A DNA stretch of 64,000 nucleotides, from positions 1 through 64,000 of the forward strand of contig CBDCWP010000012.1 in assembly GCA_965223505.1 (NCBI GenBank), given 5' to 3'. This DNA is from Planctomycetota bacterium (GTDB lineage Bacteria > Planctomycetota > PLA2 > JAEUHO01). The translations under genes and the position numbers were made by a program. The notes beneath the pieces were generated by a model. That model was given only the letters and a program-made list of their open reading frames with translations. It was not told where the DNA came from and ran no database searches. Positions within the stretch are counted from its first letter, which is position 1. Every line of letters starts with the position of its first letter. This document shows positions 59,653-64,000 of this stretch, one piece after another.

Positions 59653-61194
59653 CTAGAGCGTCTTCTTCTTCGCCGTCTCGTCCTTGGGTAGCGGCTTGCC
59701 GCCTTCGGTGATCGACGGATTGCGCAACACCGGCGTGCGGGGCTTGAAGGCCGCGCGCTTCAGGAACAAGAGCGCGAAGCACGTGTCGTGCATCGACATG
59801 CTGTACGGCGATCGGAACCCGCCGGGCGGTCCGCCGCCCGCGCCCGCCGGCCCGCCGGGACCGCCCGGGCCGGGTCCGCCGGGCCCCCTGGGGCCGCCCC
59901 ACCCGCTCAGCGCGCTCTCGGGATCCCACTGACCGTTCTTCTTCTGGGCGTCGACCAGCAGCTGCGCGCCTTCGCGATACCAGTCGTGCTCGCCGCAGTA
60001 GCGCTTCTCCGCGATCACGAACGCGCGCTCGAGGCCGTACAGGTAGTAGTAGTGCCACATCGGGCCGTCGGGCGGGTTCTGCGTGAGGTCGTAGTTGACG
60101 ACGTGCCACGCGATCGCGTCCCAGATGCCCTTGTCCAGCTGCGTGCGCATGGCGCCGGAGAGCTTGTTCATCTCCATCAGCATCGCCTTGACGATCACGA
60201 GCGACGACAGCCCGGCCGACGTCATCGCGCCGGTCGCCGGCATGCCGGACACGTAGCCGAACCCGCGTGCGTGATCGCGGTCGGTGTCGGAGGTCTCGCC
60301 GGGCACTTTGAACGGTGCGTAGGGACTGTCGCGCTCGGCGTCGCGCGGTTCCGGATCAGGCCGGCGGACGATCGCCGGACCCTTCTTCTCCTGCAAGGCG
60401 AGCAGTCGCATGGCGACGTGCTCGAGGACGCGGTGGTCGACCCTGTATCCGCAGCGCGATCCCATCCACAGCGCCAGCAACGCATACTGCGTGTTCGACA
60501 TGTCCTCGGGACCGTCGAGATTCGGCATGGCGCCCATGCCGCCGGGCCCACCCGGCGCAGGGCCGGCCGGTCGTGACGGGAGGTCGCCCGGATAGCGGAA
60601 CGTGCCCTCCTTCGCGCGGTTCTCCACGATCCAGTCGAGGATCGACCTGATCACCTTCTTTGCCCACGCCGGATAGCCGCACGGGTTGTCCCGGCTCTTG
60701 CGCGCGCTCGCGTAGCGGTTGTCGCGACCGTTCCCGTCTTTGTCGCCCGGCTGCGCGAACAGCTTGTGCAGCGCCATCACGGTGATGCACAACGAGTACG
60801 ACGAACCTTGCGGCCAGTAGTCGCCCCTCATGACGCCCCGCCAGTGCTTCTTGAGGTAGCCGAGCGCCTTCCGAATCTCGATGCGCTCCGCGTCGTAGCC
60901 GCAGTGCGCCAACGTGAGCGTCGCGAGCGCGGTCTCGCCGAAGCGGTGACGGCTGGCCGGAAAGGGACCATTGCCCTGATTGCCGTCGAGCTTGAAGGAA
61001 CCGTCGCGTTTCTGCTGCGTGACCAGCCAGGCGGCGCCGCGATCGATCGCGCGGTTCACGCGCGCCTTCAAGACGATGTCCGCCTTCTTGCGCGCCATCT
61101 CCGCTGCTTTGTCCTCGTCCTTCTTCTCGTCGCCGGCGGCCCAGGCGGGGGAGAGGAGCACGACGACGAACGCGAGGAGCAGCGGGTTCTTCAT
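59653..61194 (-). CDS. Secreted prenyltransferase/squalene-cyclase-repeat protein, paralog 1
   Basis: Same motifs as paralog 2, plus Gly/Pro low-complexity inserts. Confidence 0.75.
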   Translation of the reverse strand: MKNPLLLAFVVVLLSPAWAAGDEKKDEDKAAEMARKKADIVLKARVNRAIDRGAAWLVTQQKRDGSFKLDGNQGNGPFPASRHRFGETALATLTLAHCGYDAERIEIRKALGYLKKHWRGVMRGDYWPQGSSYSLCITVMALHKLFAQPGDKDGNGRDNRYASARKSRDNPCGYPAWAKKVIRSILDWIVENRAKEGTFRYPGDLPSRPAGPAPGGPGGMGAMPNLDGPEDMSNTQYALLALWMGSRCGYRVDHRVLEHVAMRLLALQEKKGPAIVRRPDPEPRDAERDSPYAPFKVPGETSDTDRDHARGFGYVSGMPATGAMTSAGLSSLVIVKAMLMEMNKLSGAMRTQLDKGIWDAIAWHVVNYDLTQNPPDGPMWHYYYLYGLERAFVIAEKRYCGEHDWYREGAQLLVDAQKKNGQWDPESALSGWGGPRGPGGPGPGGPGGPAGAGGGPPGGFRSPYSMSMHDTCFALLFLKRAAFKPRTPVLRNPSITEGGKPLPKDETAKKKTL

Positions 61195-61216
61195 GACCCT
61201 CCTACAAACGCCGGAG

Positions 61217-62887
61217 TCAGCGCAGTTGCACCTCGATCTCGAGCTCCGCCGTTTCGCCCGGTGTCAGGTCGACGACACGCGTCAGAGGCACCAGATTGGG
61301 ACTCGTGACCTCGAGAACGTGGCGCCCGGCGCCGAGACCGGTAACCAGCAGACCACCCTCGCTGTCGGCGTGCAGACTCTCGGCGTCGGCATCCATACCC
61401 TCCGGCGCCTCGATCGCCTTCTCGGGGAAGGCGTGCACGACGCGGCCTTCGAACAGGAAGCGGAACTGCACGACGACACGCTCCCGCGCGGTGAAGCGTA
61501 CGCGCACCTTCGCCGGCGGCCCGAGCTTCATCTCGACCTCGGTCTTCTGACGTGGCACGACCTTGGTCTCGACGATCCCCGGGCCGTAGGCCGCCGACCG
61601 GACGCCGATGCGATACGGACCCGCCGGGAGCGCCGGGAAGTACAAGTCCTCGCCGCCCTGGATGACGAAGGCCTGGCGCATGACGCCTTGTCCGAGCCAC
61701 ATGACGGACGGCACGCCCTGCATCTCCATGTAGTTGATCTCCGCGCCCTCTTCGTCGACGAGCTTGATGCGCAACGAGCCGACGGTCGCGTCGCGCGCGA
61801 GCTCGACCTGGTAGACGCGTTCGCCGCCGTCGGCCGGCAGCGGCTCGCCGGTCGCACGCCACGGCGCGTAGCCGTCGGCCTTGATCTCGAGATCCACTCT
61901 CTCGTAGGAAACCGGAATGCGCACGACCTCGGACTTCATCTCCGACTTCGGCCGTGCCGGGGGGCCCGTGTACGCGCCGGTCAGCAGCTGCACGCGGCTC
62001 GACTCGGGATCGCCGGGAACGCCCCACTGCAACGTCGTGTTGGCGATGTCCTCGCCGTCCGCGGTGCGGATCTCGAACGACGCGCGAAACGCCGGTGCGA
62101 GCTGGATCTCGTGTTCCACGTTCGAGCCCGGAACGAGCGGTCCCGTCTTGGACGGCATGTAGTGGGGGTGATCGACCTCGAGGACGACCGCGGCCTTGGC
62201 GAGACCGTCGATGACGAAGCGGCCCTCGCGATCGGAAACCGCTTCGCCGACGCTGCCGGGTACCAACGGAAGATCCTGGGCGGGGCCGCCCTTGATCGTC
62301 GCGCCTTCGATCGGACGGCTGTGCGGATCCGTGACGCGCCCCTTCATCTGTAACGCCCTTGCAAGCGTTATCGTGAGTTCCTCGCGTCCCGGCAAACAGA
62401 CGACGGTTGTCACGTACCCGTCTGCCGTGACGAACAAGTCGTATTCGCCGTCCGCGAACTCCTTGGGGCCCAAGACCTCGAACGCCCCGTTCGCGTCGGT
62501 CGCCTTGGCGCGCGCAATCGGACGAACGGGTTTATCGAAGCCGGAGGAGGGAGCGGCAAATCGCGGACAGGGTTCTCGGTGAAGCTCAACGAGCAGCAAG
62601 GCTCCCGGCACGCCTCGGCCGGTCTGCGCATCGACGACGACGCCTTGGAACCAGACCGTCGGCTTCTTCTTCACCGGCGTCGTGTTGCCGCTGCCGTTGG
62701 TGCTCGTGGGGCCGCCGTTGCGGCCTCCGCGGCCCGAGCCCTCGAGCAACGCGCGCTCGGTCTCGTCGACGTCGTGGTCGTCGTCGGCCATCGGGTCGTA
62801 GTCGCCGTCGTTCCCGTCTCCGGTGAACAGGAAGAACAGGACCACACCCACGACGACCACGATCAGAACGAGTGCGAACTTGCCCAC
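61217..62887 (-). CDS. Membrane-anchored protein with carboxypeptidase-regulatory-like (Cna-B) domains
   Basis: G.VVDAQTG..VPGA, TDANGAF, GRVTD...PIEGA, SDREGRF repeats. Confidence 0.75.
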   Translation of the reverse strand: MGKFALVLIVVVVGVVLFFLFTGDGNDGDYDPMADDDHDVDETERALLEGSGRGGRNGGPTSTNGSGNTTPVKKKPTVWFQGVVVDAQTGRGVPGALLLVELHREPCPRFAAPSSGFDKPVRPIARAKATDANGAFEVLGPKEFADGEYDLFVTADGYVTTVVCLPGREELTITLARALQMKGRVTDPHSRPIEGATIKGGPAQDLPLVPGSVGEAVSDREGRFVIDGLAKAAVVLEVDHPHYMPSKTGPLVPGSNVEHEIQLAPAFRASFEIRTADGEDIANTTLQWGVPGDPESSRVQLLTGAYTGPPARPKSEMKSEVVRIPVSYERVDLEIKADGYAPWRATGEPLPADGGERVYQVELARDATVGSLRIKLVDEEGAEINYMEMQGVPSVMWLGQGVMRQAFVIQGGEDLYFPALPAGPYRIGVRSAAYGPGIVETKVVPRQKTEVEMKLGPPAKVRVRFTARERVVVQFRFLFEGRVVHAFPEKAIEAPEGMDADAESLHADSEGGLLVTGLGAGRHVLEVTSPNLVPLTRVVDLTPGETAELEIEVQLR

Positions 62888-62897
62888 GCCGAACAGC

Positions 62898-63671
62898 CTA
62901 CCCGCGCACGATGGCGACGAGGGCGTCGAGACCGTCGGTCAAGCAGCCGGGGCCCGGCTGGAGAATGGTGCTCGACTCGATCTCGTGGATCGCCCCGTTA
63001 CGCACGGCCGTCACGTCGGTCCAGCCGTCGCGTTCTCGGATGGCGTCGACGTCCACCGGCTTGCCGCACCAACTCGCCACGACGATCTCCGGGTCGGCGG
63101 CGACCACGTCGGCCGGCGTGACGAAGCGCTCCTTCGCGAGCTTGCCGGCCGCGCGGTCGGCGAAGACGTTCCGGCCCCCGGCGATCTCGATCAGCTCGCT
63201 CACCCAGTGGATGCCGGTGATCATCGGATCGGGCCACTCCTCGAAGTACACACGCGGACGTTCGCTCGGACGCGAGGCGCGGACCTCGTCGAGCCGCGCG
63301 ACGTAGCCTTCGACGAGCGATCGCGCCGCGTCTTCCCGTCCGACCAGCCGGCCGGTCAGCAAGATCACGTTCAAGATCTCCTCGATCGTGCGCTGATTGA
63401 AGATCACCACCTGGAGGTTGGCGGCGATCAGCTTCGCGGCGAGTTCGGCCTGGATGTCCGAGAAGCCGATGACGAGGTCCGGTTCGAGCGCGACGATCTT
63501 CTCCACGTTGCCGCCCGTGAAGCCCGACACGATCGGCGCGGCGTCGCGCGCCTCGGGCGGCCGGCACGTCCACGCGCTGATGCCGACGATGCGCTCTCCC
63601 TCGCCGAGCAGATGCAGGATCTCTGTCGGCTCTTCGGTGAGACAGACGATTCGTCCGGGCGGGTTGCGCAA
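62898..63671 (-). CDS. Cobalamin/Fe-siderophore-type binding protein (BtuF-like) without a signal peptide
   Basis: RIVCLTEEPTE, EKIVALEPDL, YFEEWPDP, LQPGP. Confidence 0.85.
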   Translation of the reverse strand: MRNPPGRIVCLTEEPTEILHLLGEGERIVGISAWTCRPPEARDAAPIVSGFTGGNVEKIVALEPDLVIGFSDIQAELAAKLIAANLQVVIFNQRTIEEILNVILLTGRLVGREDAARSLVEGYVARLDEVRASRPSERPRVYFEEWPDPMITGIHWVSELIEIAGGRNVFADRAAGKLAKERFVTPADVVAADPEIVVASWCGKPVDVDAIRERDGWTDVTAVRNGAIHEIESSTILQPGPGCLTDGLDALVAIVRG

Positions 63672-63677
63672 GGGGGC

Positions 63678-64000
63678 CTAGGCGAAGCGCGTCGAGTAGA
63701 TCGGCGGGAGGTTGTTCGAGAGCGTGTCCCAGCTCTCGCCGCCGTTCTCCGACACATAGAGGTTGCCCGATGTCGTGCCGAACACGAGCGTGTCGCCGCT
63801 CGGCGCCACGTCGAACGCGTGACGGAACGGAAAGTCCCACGCGTTCTCCTGCGGCAGTCCCTCGGTCTGCCGCACCCAGCTCTCGCCGCCGTCGTCCGTG
63901 CGCATGACGACGAGCTTGCCGCCGACCGTCATGCGGTGTTGGTCGCTCTGCATGGGAACGAGCCACGCGGTCTCCGGCTTTGCCGGATGGACCGCGACGG
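63678..64000 (-). CDS. BNR/Asp-box repeat beta-propeller (sialidase-like), C-terminal part
   Basis: RTDDGGESW and SENGGESW Asp-boxes; continues beyond the window. Confidence 0.8.
   Translation of the reverse strand, partial: VAVHPAKPETAWLVPMQSDQHRMTVGGKLVVMRTDDGGESWVRQTEGLPQENAWDFPFRHAFDVAPSGDTLVFGTTSGNLYVSENGGESWDTLSNNLPPIYSTRFA

Noticed and set aside
6638..64000. tRNA-integrated genomic island or prophage
   Set aside because: No integrase, no repeat of the tRNA 3' end was seen, and the downstream genes are housekeeping.

Overview
High-GC bacterial chromosomal segment, probably Planctomycetota/PVC. That placement is inferred from the gene content: double-length UvrA, many HEAT/VWA/prenyltransferase-repeat secreted proteins, and OprO/P-like porins. 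It holds about 47 CDSs, mostly housekeeping or envelope genes (leuB-like, aminotransferase, queF, moeA, NuoEF fusion, uvrA, Tat-exported PaoABC-like molybdoenzyme, apgM, lnt), plus one tRNA and a probable 6S RNA. No prophage, CRISPR array or IS transposase is visible. Most notable: (1) three translationally coupled secreted paralogs, each ending in a phage tail-spike-type autoproteolytic chaperone domain (Peptidase_G2-like, GADYAEW) and differing in a length-variable Gly/Pro/Ser module, directly followed by a full-length vitamin-K-dependent gamma-glutamyl carboxylase (HTTM) homologue; (2) a structurally intact tRNA-Leu with the anticodon AAG, which is rare in bacteria; (3) two tandem porin genes, near-identical at the nucleotide level except in a few patches, sharing an upstream motif; (4) a four-helix-bundle gene beside the tRNA with a 90-bp hairpin repeat array and a hexamer tract; (5) a 20-Cys lipoprotein with 23-aa repeats. 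All calls come from motif recognition by eye; no database searches were run.
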